Source: Azolla caroliniana
Taxonomy: Eukaryota; Plantae; Polypodiophyta
Reading direction: 5' to 3'
DNA: 64,000 nt
Assembly (NCBI GenBank): GCA_043228905.1
Contig: JBHGNT010000021.1
Coordinates: 8,184,001 to 8,248,000, forward strand
A program made the translations under genes and the position numbers. The notes beneath the pieces were generated by a model. It was not told the DNA's origin and did no database searches. It saw only the letters and a list, made by a program, of their open reading frames with translations. This document shows positions 28,111 to 40,535 of the stretch, piece by piece (positions within the stretch are counted from its first letter, which is position 1; every line of letters starts with the position of its first letter).

Positions 28111-28114
28111 TACC

Positions 28115-28410
28115 TATCATGATATAGCAAGACTCAAACCCATGACCTTATGTTACATGGGTCGAGCTCTTGACCATTACACTATCTATTGTAATACGTA
28201 GAATATTATTTTTATTTAAGTTTTACTATAGAAAATTAATGTATATTCCAGATTTCTCTGGAACATTCTAGAAGCTTCAAGACTACTCCTGAGAACACTA
28301 TAAAAGGAGGCACAAGGCATTATTTCAAACCAAATCGATTCAACACCAGTCTTAAGCCTCCAAGCCTTCCCTGTATATTTTTCTCACATAATATATCGTT
28401 GTCATCATCA

Positions 28411-28481
<71 letters not shown>

Positions 28482-28554
28482 TCTCTCGAGTGTTCTACAC
28501 CCTCTATTCCTCTTAGTACTAATATTCCTCTCTTAGTACTAATTTCTTCTCTCT
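28115..28554 (+). mobile_element. LTR of the element D family, 3'-truncated, with an expanded (CT)n tract
   Basis: Colinear with 11072-11503 and 21801-22215. Confidence 0.88.
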
Positions 28555-29193
28555 GATCTTCGACTTCCACACTGAGTTGTTGGAGCCGGTTAGCTTAAAC
28601 ATGCCGCCGAACGAGTCTTCCATCACTCTGATACCACTTGTTGCTCTCGTGACCAGCCACAGCCGGTTACCGTTCGTATATCCGTGTGCAAGAAGTAACG
28701 CTCAGACAGAAAACCAAAAAACGGAATAGCTAAAAACAGAGAACACGCAGATTTTACCGTGGAAACCCGAACTGGGAAAAACCACGTGGAGTCCACTTAC
28801 TCCGAAACAAATCACTATGATGATGAGGGGGGTACAACAAGAAACTCAGAGGAAACGACCTCGAGTTCTTCTTCGTCAGCAGACGGCTATAGAGTTGCAC
28901 TTACTCACACTCTCCCTCTCTCACACATTCTCACAATTACAAAGAGCACAGCCCCATTCTCACTATCTCACAATAATGATTATTGATACACATATAATGA
29001 TTGCCCTAGATGCTTATATACTAGTACAACTTTCGGACTATTTATAGGTATAGCCCATAGAGGCTTATTTCAACTATTTACAGATATAGTCTCCCGAGTT
29101 GGTTGTCTACACGATTTCGGTTTCTGCCTCAACTGAGTTCCTCATCAACTCGGCTCTTCTCTTTTCCCATCCGGAGGAACCTATTTCCCAACA
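28555..29193 (-). mobile_element. Copia 5' fragment related to element A: LTR 28639-29193, PBS 28626-28636, gag start
   Basis: TGGTATCAGAG followed by MEDSFGGMFKLTGSN; LTR motifs shared with 626-1160. Confidence 0.82.
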
Positions 29194-29376
29194 GAAAATT
29201 CATGTATATTCTCTAGATTACTCTGGAACATTAGACTAGAAACTTTAGGTATACTCTTCATAATACTATAAATAGAGGCATATGGCACTATTCACAACCA
29301 ATTCGGTTCAATGCCAATCTTAGGCCTCTTAGCTATCCTTATACTCTTTTCATATAATATACTTCCCTATTATCAT

Positions 29377-29448
<72 letters not shown>

Positions 29449-30443
29449 ATCTATCTATCTATCTATCAATCTATCTATCATTTTCTTACAAAGTTTCTAC
29501 AAGTTAAGAAACAAACGCCCTACACCCTCCTCCTTGAGACGGGATCGCTTCCCATTGAGATCATGGCCATGGAAAGGGTTTTTGAATACATGCTTAAGGT
29601 TAAAAAAAGTCCCTCACATCGACTTCCTAGAATTTCGTGGGAAGCAAGCAAAAAGATCCAAAAGACGTATAAAAGCAAAATTTTATGTTCCAGTTGGATG
29701 CAAGATATAGAAAAATGGTTTCGTAGATGGGATGTGAGACACTTGCTTCATGATGCATCATTAGACTCCTCTGTAAATGAGGCCTTTTTGCAACGCCAAT
29801 ATATCATGACATGGGACACATGCGGAGGCACACGCTTCACACATTATACTACACATGTTGCACCTAATTACAAAACCATATTCTTTGCGGAACGGGGAAA
29901 TCGTACACATCGATACATGTTAGAGCCCATACCGTTATCTACCATTCGAACCATTGCTTCCATTCGACTTAGCTCACATGCATTGCGATGTGAGATAGGG
30001 CGTTGGGGCACAAGTGATGAGAGTTGTCAGCTATGCACACTTTGCCCTAAACAAGTTCGCGAGTCTGAGTATCACACTTTGATACAATGCTCTGCCTTTG
30101 ATCATATTCGACCATGCTTTCCACATCTCTTCAACCGAGCCCAATCCTTGCATGAATTCCTCTCATAACCACAATGTGCACTCTCGATTGCAACATTCAT
30201 TGGTAAAGTTCTTGAACATCGAGAGTCACTACTCACTTTCACACGTATCATGTGAAATGTAATATTTTTGGTCTCATAGGTCATATTTGACCTCCAAAGA
30301 CGATAATATAATTTATCTCTCTCTCTCTCTCGTGATCCTCTCACAATCTCTCTCCCTTCTCTCTACATCTCGTACTAATTTTGATAGTACTCTCTCTCTA
30401 TCTCTAGTACTAATCCTCTCAGTCTCTAGTACTACTCCTAACA
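29194..30443 (+). mobile_element. Partial diverged D-like LTR, split by a LINE inserted at its (CT)n tract
   Basis: 29194-29378 matches the D LTR middle (TATA, aattcggttcaatgcc); 30316-30443 matches the D LTR end ..ctcctaaca. Confidence 0.75.
29479..30315 (+). mobile_element. 5'-truncated LINE (RTEX-like), ORF2 C-terminus and 3'UTR
   Basis: LLLETG..P, RLSSHALRCEIGRW, CTLC..ESEYHTLIQC zinc motif; 3'UTR hairpin AGGTCA-TATT-TGACCT, followed by (TC)n. Confidence 0.82.
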
Positions 30444-32150
30444 TTTGTTAGAGCTTTTTGTAGAAAGAGAGACTGGAAATCACAATCTTTGTCATTTCAT
30501 GTACATTGATGGTTATACAATGTATTATGGAACCCATGATATTATATTAATTTCCATTGTTGCCATGAACAAATAGGGTTGTCTATTTTGTCTTGCAACC
30601 TCTTAGATATTTGTTGTGGATAATGAAGGAAAAGATGGGAATCACATAAGTTACATGGAACGATCTAGCAACCCCTAAGCACTTTGGGAGAGTTGCAATA
30701 TTGGACTTATTTATGTATATGATGGCTCGTACATTTCATTATAGCAAGACATGTGTTCTGACACACAACCATGAGTATATCTATTGTCCAATATTGTATT
30801 CAGAATAAGAGTATAACAAATGGGAGGTCAACAATTGAGGCATCATGGTAGCAATTACAAAAAGGATGTATTCCACTTAAGATTCCTCTTTCTTCATGTG
30901 TTCAACATTTGGTTGTCTCATGGCATGAAGAACTCTCGTCATTTGTATGTATACCATCATGTCTAGTACAGAGCATTGTAATGTTAAATTGTTATTATGT
31001 TGGTGTTGAAAGGAGAGATTAAGCTCTCAATTTAATTGACTATTTCGTTTTAGAGTCTACGAGATGGGAGATATATTGAGCCTCAATCTCAAAGAATTTT
31101 GGCGTTTGTTGAAGTGCGCCAATTATTTTGTATCCCACCCAATTATGTATTATAGCAAGACATGTGTTCTGACACACAACCATGAATATATCTATTGTCC
31201 AATATTGTATTCAGAATAAGAGTATAACAAATGGGAGGTCAACAATTGAGGCATCATGGTAGCAATTACAAAAAAGATGTATTCCACTTAAGATTCCTCT
31301 TTCTTCATGTGTTCAACATTTGGTTGTCTCATGGCATGAAGAACTCTCGTCATTTGTATGTATACCATCATGTATAGTACAAAGCATTGTAATGTTAAAT
31401 TGTTATTATGTTGGTGTTGAAAGGAGAGATTAAGCTCTCAATTTAATTGACTATTTCGTTTTAGAGTCTACGAGATGGGAGATACAATTGAGCCTAAATC
31501 TCAAAGAATTTTGGCATTTGTTGAAGTGCGCCAATTATTTTGTATCCCACCCAATTATGTATTATGTGTTTATCTGACAACAACTCCATAAAATAATATT
31601 GATGTAAGGTCCTTTACATCCTCAAATAGAAGAGCAATTGTATTTATTGGTGTTTACAAGATCAAACACCATTTTTACAAGTGACTATACTAATCTTTTG
31701 TATCATTGCTCCGTTAAGTCTTTTTTGTATCATGGTTATCATCTAACAAGAATAGAAAGTACAAAACTTTGATTATGGATTGTAGTAGATCTTAAAACGT
31801 AGTTGGCATTCTAGATTACAACTTGTCACAGAGAGTTTTGATTAGGAATTTACCTTCGATGTGGACTAGCAATGAGCAATTACTTATTTTGCACTATTCA
31901 AATGGAAGGTTGTACTCATCGTTTCATATAATGTCCGATTGCTTTTCACATTTGGAGCTACAATTTGGCAAGTTCTGTCTTGGTGTTATTTGACACCAAG
32001 ACATTGGGTCAACCCCAAATAAGGGATAGAGAATGGTTTCCTATTTATGTGATATTAGAGTTTGCTTCATAATTAGAATTTGTACAATGCTATTGTATAT
32101 GATGGTAGGCATGGAGCCAAAGCATATTTACGAAAGTTGAAGGGAATACC
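30444..32150 (+). mobile_element. Old decayed L1-type LINE ORF2 remnant (post-RT and zf-RVT region)
   Basis: VTWNDLATPKHFGRVAILDL near 30650 resembles the L1 VAW....PK..GGLGI.DL motif; E..TH.F..CPIA near 31910; many stops. Confidence 0.55.
30738..31560. repeat. Near-perfect direct tandem duplication, period about 411 bp
   Basis: 30738-31148 is repeated at 31149-31560 with few substitutions. Confidence 0.93.
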
Positions 32151-32204
32151 AATGTGACAAATTTCTTTACTAGAGCAAGTAGACATTTTTTCTTGATCGA
32201 GTGT

Positions 32205-32462
32205 TTGTCTTTCTTATTGGCAATTTAATATGTTCCACCACTCATCTAGTGGTGACCATGCTTTAATACCATTGTAGGGTTTTTCACAAAATATATTAAT
32301 ATAATTGTGTGCTATCATAGAGAGATAGGTAGAGAGAGATGTCTTGCCTATTGGCAATTAAACATATTCCACTACCCATGTAGATAGTGGGTAACCATAC
32401 TCCATTGTGAGACCCATTGTAAGTAGTGTTTTTCACACACATTAATTAATATAATTATGTGT
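32205..32462. repeat. Diverged two-copy direct repeat (about 110-120 bp)
   Basis: tattggcaatt..ttccac..ccattgta..tttcaca..attaatataatt occurs twice. Confidence 0.6.
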
Positions 32463-33488
32463 TTTCACCCAAAAATGAAAAAGGAGAGAAACCTTAGTAT
32501 CTATAGGAAACCCAAAACACAAGCTACAAGGTGGGGCAGAGCACACTAATAGGATTAAACTTTGAAATTCCTCAATTTGTGATTTTCAATGCTTCATGTT
32601 ATGATGATAGATATATCTCTAGTATTCATATGCAAAAGGCTGCACAAGGTGGATCGCAAAAGCCATAGAAATCAAGAAGTTGAAATGTGAGGAGCTGCCC
32701 AAGTCACAAGCTAGAATATGTTTGTATAACTTTAATTAATAGTGATTTCATTTGTCCTTGTTGAAGGTGGTACAAACTAGATTGGTGCAGTAGCATACCG
32801 ACCAACAATCTACTTTACGTCTACCAAATAGGAGGCACAGCTGTGTCATATTCAATCAAATTCAAGAACACAACTTAAATCCAACAGATTACTCCCAAAG
32901 TGCATTTTGATATGTGAAATTTATTGCTTATCATGACTGCTACTTACACTAAAGTGAAATAGGTTAAATCAATGATCTTGATACATCTGAATGTAGGAAA
33001 AGTAAAGAATAAGTTGGTATTAAATCCGTTGATAACTGTATTAATGAAGCTTGAAATATGATTGACTAGAAACAAATTTCACTAAAACTCTGAATATATG
33101 GTTAAGAGAATTATAACTGAAGTATTGCTAATGAACATACACCATTGCAAATCATTCCATGGCAATAAGATAACACCACTATTTAGATAATGACCGATAC
33201 ATAATAATGTTCCTACTTAAGCCAGATCTTTGTAATACAAAACAAAACTTATTTCATTTTTGAACATTACCATTACAGTTTGGACATGATTCATGAATCC
33301 TTGCAAAAATAAAACAAACTCAGTTTCTCTGTGTGCTGCAAAACAAAGAAAGCAATAGAAGCATGCTCTGAGTATCAACATGAAAATAATACGATTTCTT
33401 GTAACAATGAGAACATCGCATATTTACTGAGGAAATTCAGCAAGGATTTCAACTTTGGAACAATCAAATCATTTCAAAGGAGAATATT

Positions 33489-36079
33489 TTATGCAACACT
33501 GAATGAGTTAACAGCTCCTTCTACAAATTTCTTAGCTCCTTTGAACCATCTCTTATCACCGGCCTGAGCTTTACAGACATAGAGTTTCCCACCAGAGACT
33601 GTTGCTGCAATGATCTGATGTTTACCACCTTCGTCACCATCGGCAGTTCTCGTGAGAATAGAGATGTTGTAATAGTCCTTGCCATTGATGCTAGGAGTAG
33701 AGCTCTCAAGAATGGACGCAATAGCTACAGCATTAGGATCAAAACCTCCCTTCAAAATCACCAATGTAAAGATAAGAAAGTTAGAACATAATCATAGTGT
33801 CAAAATGTCAATGCATAGGTATCATAATCAGAATACATTCATGGTGTCCAATAATTGTAATAACTTTGCATTGTAATGATTGCTAAAAGGAAGAGTAATG
33901 CTTATAACAGTCCTAGTGTTTAGATACCTTTTAAAAACTTTTCGAGGTAAAAATTAGTTATGGTAGTGTGATGTAACACATTTAGGCGAGTAGTATATAT
34001 CACAGAACACTTTGAAGATAGCCAAAAAAGGTTCAGTAAATAATGCACAGAATGACACACAAGTCATAGAATCAAAAGCAAACTCAAGTTGAGAAGCTTA
34101 GCATTCATTATATCCCCACAAACTCTAAAGAGAAGCACCATTTTTCATCAGCCTCAAACAATTTAAAAGCGTGATGCACAATTTAAACATTCCTTCACAA
34201 ATTGTAGGGGGCAAACAGAACTATGGTGCAAGTAAACAGTATAACACAAGAAAATACAGGCAGATCTGCTGATCCTACAGTGCAAGGAAATAAAAATATA
34301 ATAATTTGATAAGTCACATAAACTATTTGTAAAGCACCATACAACAGATAGGAAGAAATCATATCGACAAGTTTTTATGGATATACGATTGGATAAGTTC
34401 TATCTAAAGAGCTTCAATATGATAACAATACAGGAAAATACATAAATTACAAATTGTAACTGCAAGAAATTACATAAACTATCCAACATAGTTACAAACA
34501 GAATGGAGAAGATTATATCCTAAAGTTCTAATGGACATCTAATCAGTCTTCATAAATGCAGCCAGTTTCATTATTGCAACATTTGTTCAAAGTACAGCTT
34601 CAATTCAAAAGAATATGTAAAGATAATACTTTTTAGTTACCTCAGAAATGGTTTTGCCAGAATAGGCTTGCTTTCCGAGCAAGAATGACACCTGACAACA
34701 ACAGATTCTTCATCTCAAATACATATATAAAATAGTGATGCGCGGAATATACAAAATCTTTCAAAAGAGAGATTCAAACATGTCAGAAACATGCATCATA
34801 TATTCATTCAAGCTATGAAGAGAAAGAGAAACAAACACTTAAAATTTCTAACAATGAAAGAGAGCCAAACACCTACATGCTTTCTAAGCTAAAAGACCTT
34901 CACCAAAATCAAGCATACTATATATACAAAGAGTTTCCAATGGAAGAGATTCAAACACTTACAGATTCAAGAAACTGTTCTGGAGATCCATAAGCTTTAA
35001 TCGAATCCTTCTCAGCCGGAATGATAAGAACTGCGAGGTTACTGTTGGCATCAAAATTGTCTTCATATCTCAACACTGTGCCAGGGAACTCTTGCTCCTT
35101 GCTAGGATTCCATTTTGCAGGAATATTGAGAGTGAAGCCATCACCAGAGACAGTGACAAATCCGGTGTCTTTCTTTGGTGCAGCGAAAATGTTTGCTAAT
35201 CAAAAACGAAGAAGACGAAACAGGTGAGAAAAGGCCTAGAAAAGAGACAGTAGAACGAGGCAGACATTTCTACTTGTTATCAACATAATCTGCGTGAAAG
35301 AAGAAGTAGAAGAGGATGAAACGGTTGAGAAAAGACAGCGAAATAGAGGAAAGAAACATAAAAGCGGGATATGAGCTGATGAAGAATGAAGACAATGAAG
35401 AAGAGGAGGATCAGAAAGACAGTAAAAAGAGGCAAATGTTCGCCTTAATAAACTGAGATGGCATTAAAGACAAACAACAGCAAGAATGATAAGAGAGAGT
35501 AAAAGAAAGCGGAACATGCCTTCATCGCCATAATAGAATAAAGAAGACGAGGAAGAAGAAGAAACGACTAAGAATTTTACGGATATAGAGTAGAAAAAAG
35601 CAAAAGTTTACCCGCATTATCATAATGCAGAAGAAAGGAAGAGATTCAGAAGAAGAAACAGCTGAAAAAATTTTGATTGAAGAAGACGCTTACCTCCATC
35701 TCCACAACCGGCATAAAAGAAGAAGATGAGAAAACAACAACAGAGTAACGACAGATAAAGAACGAAAAGTCGCAGATATCTAACCTGCATCACCATAAGC
35801 AGCGTGAGCTGGAGCATTTGATATGGCGGCAGCGGCAACAACAGCGGCAATGGAGATTGCAGAGCGACGAGAGATGGACGAAGAATCAGAAGAATCAGAA
35901 GAAGAGACCTCAGATTTCTGTGCAGAAGAACGACAGACGAGGAGGGAAGGTTTGCAAGAAGGAGAAGAAGAAGGTCTGATGGAGTAGTTAGTGGAGCTGC
36001 TGACAGGAGATCCAGAGATGGAAGAAGAGCAAGAAGCAAGATTTGCGAAGGAAACAGCAGCTGCGGTTGAAGATGCCAT
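33489..36079 (-). CDS. psbP: PsbP, photosystem II oxygen-evolving enhancer protein 2 precursor; exons 36079-35785, 35195-34963, 34691-34641, 33749-33489; 279 aa
   Basis: Four exons joined by GT..AG introns give an 840-nt open frame. It has a Ser-rich transit peptide, twin-Arg SRR, AHA|A cleavage site, then [67 protein letters not shown] and [12 protein letters not shown], all diagnostic of PsbP. Confidence 0.97.
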
Positions 36080-36150
36080 AGCTATGTGGCGATAGCGTTT
36101 GGCGATTGGCGATGGACCTTCTTCTGTTTCTGTCTTCCCTTCTGCTACTT

Positions 36151-36216
36151 CTTTCTTCTTTCTTCTTCTTCTTCTTCTTCTTCTTCTTCTGCTTCTTCTT
36201 TCTCCTTTCTTTCTTC
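36151..36216. repeat. (CTT)n/(AAG)n microsatellite in the psbP upstream or 5'UTR region
   Basis: Direct reading of ttcttcttc runs. Confidence 0.85.
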
Positions 36217-36220
36217 TGGT

Positions 36221-36323
36221 GATGACGTGGAATTTGTTTCGATTTAGTTTGCCACATAAAATTATGTTTATTTTCTGGATAAGGGTCTCTGGCTTCCTAT
36301 TGGTGCATCCAATCCACGTCATC
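36221..36323. promoter_or_regulatory. Putative light-responsive cis-element cluster upstream of psbP
   Basis: TGACGTGG (G-box/ACE type) at 36223-36230 and inverted at 36314-36321; I-box GATAAG 36278-36283; CCAAT on both strands (36299-36303, 36309-36313). Confidence 0.5.
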
Positions 36324-36441
36324 GAGCCCTTTCACACACATCTATCTCTCGAATGATCCAATTCCATCCTTTCTTTCTCCCTTCTCTTTCTTCTTATCCA
36401 TTTGAATTTTTTGTGTATTTTGTGGCCCTTGTATGGCTCTA

Positions 36442-36464
36442 CCCCCCCCCCCCCCCCCCCCCCC
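36442..36464. repeat. Poly-C tract (23 nt)
   Basis: Direct reading. Confidence 0.9.
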
Positions 36465-37076
36465 ATCTACCTAGTAAACCATAATAAACATATCGTGATT
36501 GGGAGGATGTGTATTTTACATGTTTTTGCATTCGACTTCCTGCACTTCACTCGTATATATATCTTCACATGTTTGGTCCCTCTATCTTTCTGTATATGGG
36601 GATGTGAATACTAGGTGTTTCTGCAATGTGTGTCAGTTGGTATGTATGTATGTATCCCAATTACCCAACTTCGCTATGTGTTCAATAGCTTCATCATCAT
36701 CCTGTATTAAAATCTACAATATCACCATATCAAGCAAGCAATAGTAGAATCTGCAATTTAAACACATGAAGCACACAAATAGTAAAATCTACGATGTCAC
36801 CTTATTAAAAATCCAATAGAAAAATCTACGATGTCGCCTTATGATACTTTTATAAATGAAAATTTTATTCCCAATATTTAGAGAGTATTTAAAATTTGAT
36901 TATAAATTTAAAGTGAACAACCATTTTGTGAAGTGCCCAAACATTAAACTTTAAAATGTCACCAAGACTTATTAAGCATCCAACAATTTTCTTGTTTGGA
37001 TTAGCACATTGGATGGTATTGGGCATCCGACTAACTTTACCAACCACTTGTAATTATAGAGCCGATAGATGAATAT

Positions 37077-37657
37077 TGTTGAGAGAACAAACTCAACATG
37101 AGGCCAAATCGGCTAAAGAGTCGTAAGCTGGATCGGCTGGAAGCCGATAGGGCTGTAAAGGTCGTAAGTGTCGTTAGGACCTATATGCCTAACTTATAGG
37201 AATATTATAGGCAAGTACGACAGCTAGGAAGTTGCACCTTAGGCATGAACTCAACAACATCCGGCAAAGAGACATGTTAGTGGCCGACTGCACCTCCAAA
37301 ATCAAGGAGATCTACAACGCACTAGGGTCCATCAACGTGACGGTGGGCAAAGACAAAATGGTATAGGTCTGCCTCGGAGGTTTGGTGCAAAGGTTCGGAT
37401 CATTTTGAATGGCGATTTGTACGAGAGAGAATTTTTCATCAATTTCGACTTATTATAGATGCTCCTAGTTGAGGAGAACCTCGTAGGTGCATCGAGGAGC
37501 ACGCACACCGACATCCAGGTGTTGTACAAAGAGGCGGATCGGTACGCAACAATGGCGGCCGAAATGAGTGAAGGACTAACAAAAGTGCTGACCACGAGGA
37601 AAGCGAGTGGTGGAGAAAGAAGGCCGATTCGAACAAAGCAAAATCAAGCAGTGTTTA
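37077..37657 (+). mobile_element. Heavily deleted copia remnant (LTR start plus gag pieces)
   Basis: tgttgagag..ctcaacat LTR start; TARKLHLRHELNNIRQRD and MLLVEEN..GAS.STH match the gag of 3754-8137. Confidence 0.75.
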
Positions 37658-39980
37658 TGAGTGGGGGTGGAGCCTAGAATAGCTCCAACCCCCTCCCATG
37701 GGGTTGGGCATGACGATGAGAGAGAAATTAGAGAGGAAAACTTCTTGTTGTTGTCATTTATGCCCCATACGGGGTTATATCGTTACAATGAGGGTTACAC
37801 ATCAATAAGATATGTAGGGGTACATACCCCTTTAGCCATCCACACACATCTTGTCCACACTCTTTCATATCTACACACATGCAGACATATGTGCATGTAT
37901 TCATACACATACAAACATGACTCACTCACTCTTGTGCACATGCACATACACTTACAACAAGACTTTTCACACTTATCCATTCCCCTACCTCTCGTACAGA
38001 TAGCACATGCACACTCGCGGGCACAATGCACTGCACGACTAAACCCACAAATGGCCATATCATCAATATCAGTACTTGGACCAGAACTCGCTCGACCGGA
38101 ACTCTCTCAATCTTATCATATCTCTTCGGTCGAAACTCCCTTGACCAGAACACACTTGACACAAACAACTCGTTCTGTCAGCACATCTTCAATGACACGA
38201 TCTTTCCCGTTCTGTCGGCATGTCCTCAAATGTATTAACTTCAGCATTATCTTTCTGGTATTCAAATAACATGTGTGTATGGTGTATCTATGTGTTCTTC
38301 CTTAAGTTTATTTCGTGTGAGTTGTCTCTTCTGTTTTTTGAAATTTTATTATTTGCCCTCGGTTTTATGCCCTCGATGTTTCTGAAATTGCTTCGAATGC
38401 CCCTCTCCTTGTCTTCCTTGTCTCTTTTTCTATCTCTTCTCCTCGATCAATCCCTTCTGTGCTGCACCAGATGTATCTCTGTCCTGTGTTCTTCTTCTTC
38501 GTCTCCTGCTGCGTCTTCTTCTTCTTCTTTCTTTTACTTCTGTTACAGCTACTGATTCGTACTCTTGTTTCTTACTTTCTACGTGTAAGCTTCCGTGTTC
38601 CTTTCCTTCGGCTGCTCTTTTTTCTTCTGTTTCGACTGCTGCGTATTCTTCCGTGTCCCTTCCGATCTTTCTCTTCTTGTCTGTTGGAGCTTCACGATTC
38701 TCCTTAATTAAGAGGGATTTTCTTCGTAGCACTGGTGGAACACGTTGTCGGTTACTACTACTACTTCTGTTGTGCTTCCAATTCCTTCCGAGAGGAGGTT
38801 GTCGAGAGGGGGCGGTGCTGTGATGGGCGAGGGGGTTTTCTCTCGCCTCTTTACGTTGGCCTCTCGAAGCTGGTGCTCTAATTCTTCGAGTTTGGTTGTC
38901 GATTCTTTCCATTGTTGTATCGCCAGTTCGGCACCATTTCACGCTTTCTTATTGTTGTAGACCATGTCCTTGACCGCCCTTGTCGGTTTCGCAAACTCTT
39001 GGTATACTTCTACCAAAAGGCCATTTTCAGAACTGGCAACTCGATTTGCAGATTGGAGGACACTTCGATCGGCATGGTCGCCTCATCTACTTCGCTTGAG
39101 AGCTTTCAGAGTGGGAGTAAGTTGTTGTGTGCGTGACGAGATTTGGGCTTTTGTGCTTCGTCTTCTTCGTCTTCGCGTGAAATGAATCCGTTTCGGGGAA
39201 ACGGGATTTGTAGTCGTTGCGATTCTCGAGGAGTGACAGTGTGCCCTAGATTCAGAATCCTTGTCGCCATTACTGTCACACATTGGGAAAGAACTGTACT
39301 TGCTTTCTTGGGTTCTTTGCATGCTACTTAAATCGTTCTTGGTGGGGATTTTTTTGTGTGTGTGCATGTAACAGAATGCAACGGAAATATACATGTAAAA
39401 TATACCTAATTTACAAGTCTGACCTTTTTGCTTTTATGGTGGCTGGGTCCTCCTGCCAATGTTGATTTTGGTGGTATTTCCCTGTCCACTCTTTCGTTGC
39501 CGTGATTTGCATCAATCTGTTGGTGGTTTGTGTCCCTCATTTGATTTTCCTCTACGATCGGATTTGGGGGTGTCAACTTGAGCCATGGTTTTAGTTGGAA
39601 CCCTAAACCCAGTTTGACATTACTTCTTTGGCTAAGGTATCGATCTAGTACCTCCTGTTAATTTCGTCCACAATCCAATATGGTCCCTCACGTCTCCCAA
39701 ATTACCACCCTACCACTCCACTTATCACTAGTCCATCGGAACTTAAGCTTCCTTGACATTTGTTTGAGCCATGTTTGAATACTAATGAATGATCGCTTGT
39801 TTCCTTATTTGTGTTGATCGACAAAGGCTTTCTGTTGGTGTCGCTCTTGCTCAAGCTTACACATGCTATCGATCCTTTCTTCCCCAAGTGCAAGTAAGTG
39901 CTCTAGCCACTTTTGTTCAGATTAAGCTTTGGGCAGTTGTTTGGTTGTCTGCACTTGAAATTTGATTGGCATGATTGCTT
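37658..39980. other. Unclassified probable retroelement segment (LTR-like 37658 to about 38065; charged low-complexity ORF 38430-38942 on the minus strand)
   Basis: It sits between two copia remnants; possible TGA..TCA ends; no recognisable domain. Confidence 0.3.
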
Positions 39981-39983
39981 CTA

Positions 39984-40497
39984 ATCCAATTGAATGAGCA
40001 AGCTCAACATGGGTTGGATTGGATGAAGACTGATTGGTTAGGCCCATATTGGATCGAAGAGCCAGATAAAAGAACCGAATCCGCGAGGAGCACTAGGTCA
40101 ATCGTTAGTGACCTACGATCCTAGTTTAGTAGGTAGTTATATTTTTAGGAGTTAGTGTTAGTAGTTCAGTTATGAGCATTGAAGTACTTGTTAATACTTA
40201 TGACTGTCCTTTAAGGACTTATATAAAAGTGTTATTGAGAGACAAGCTCAACATTAGGTGCGTAACCTAGTGCATAGATTGGGTGCGTAAAACCGTACAC
40301 AAAATATGGCTGTAACGATATGTAAACTGAGAGGCCGTTAGAATGTTATTCCTCGTAAGGAATAATTTTGGGGGTAAGTGTAGGATGCTCATTTATAAGC
40401 ACTTAGGTATTGTCATGGCTTGTATAAAAGGTGCTCACTAAGCACGAACCATGTACAAAGAATATATAGAGAATTATTTTGAATATAGTTTCGTTTT

Positions 40498-40535
<38 letters not shown>

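Larger units (their letters stand above)
24887..28114 (+). mobile_element. Unclassified insertion, probably a DNA transposon, with TAGCTAATTAGCTA motifs at both ends and a decayed spliced ORF
   Basis: It interrupts the copia integrase abruptly. The motif is present at 24920-24972 and as an array at 27455-28110; exon-like segments lie at 26412-27488. Confidence 0.45.

Noticed and set aside
29311-29480. Hydrophobic signal-peptide-like N-terminus on the LINE ORF
   Set aside because: It is chance read-through from LTR and microsatellite sequence.
35780-36322. 180-aa ORF as the true PsbP N-terminus
   Set aside because: The upstream part is translated (AAG)n repeat; the transit peptide starts at ATG 36079.
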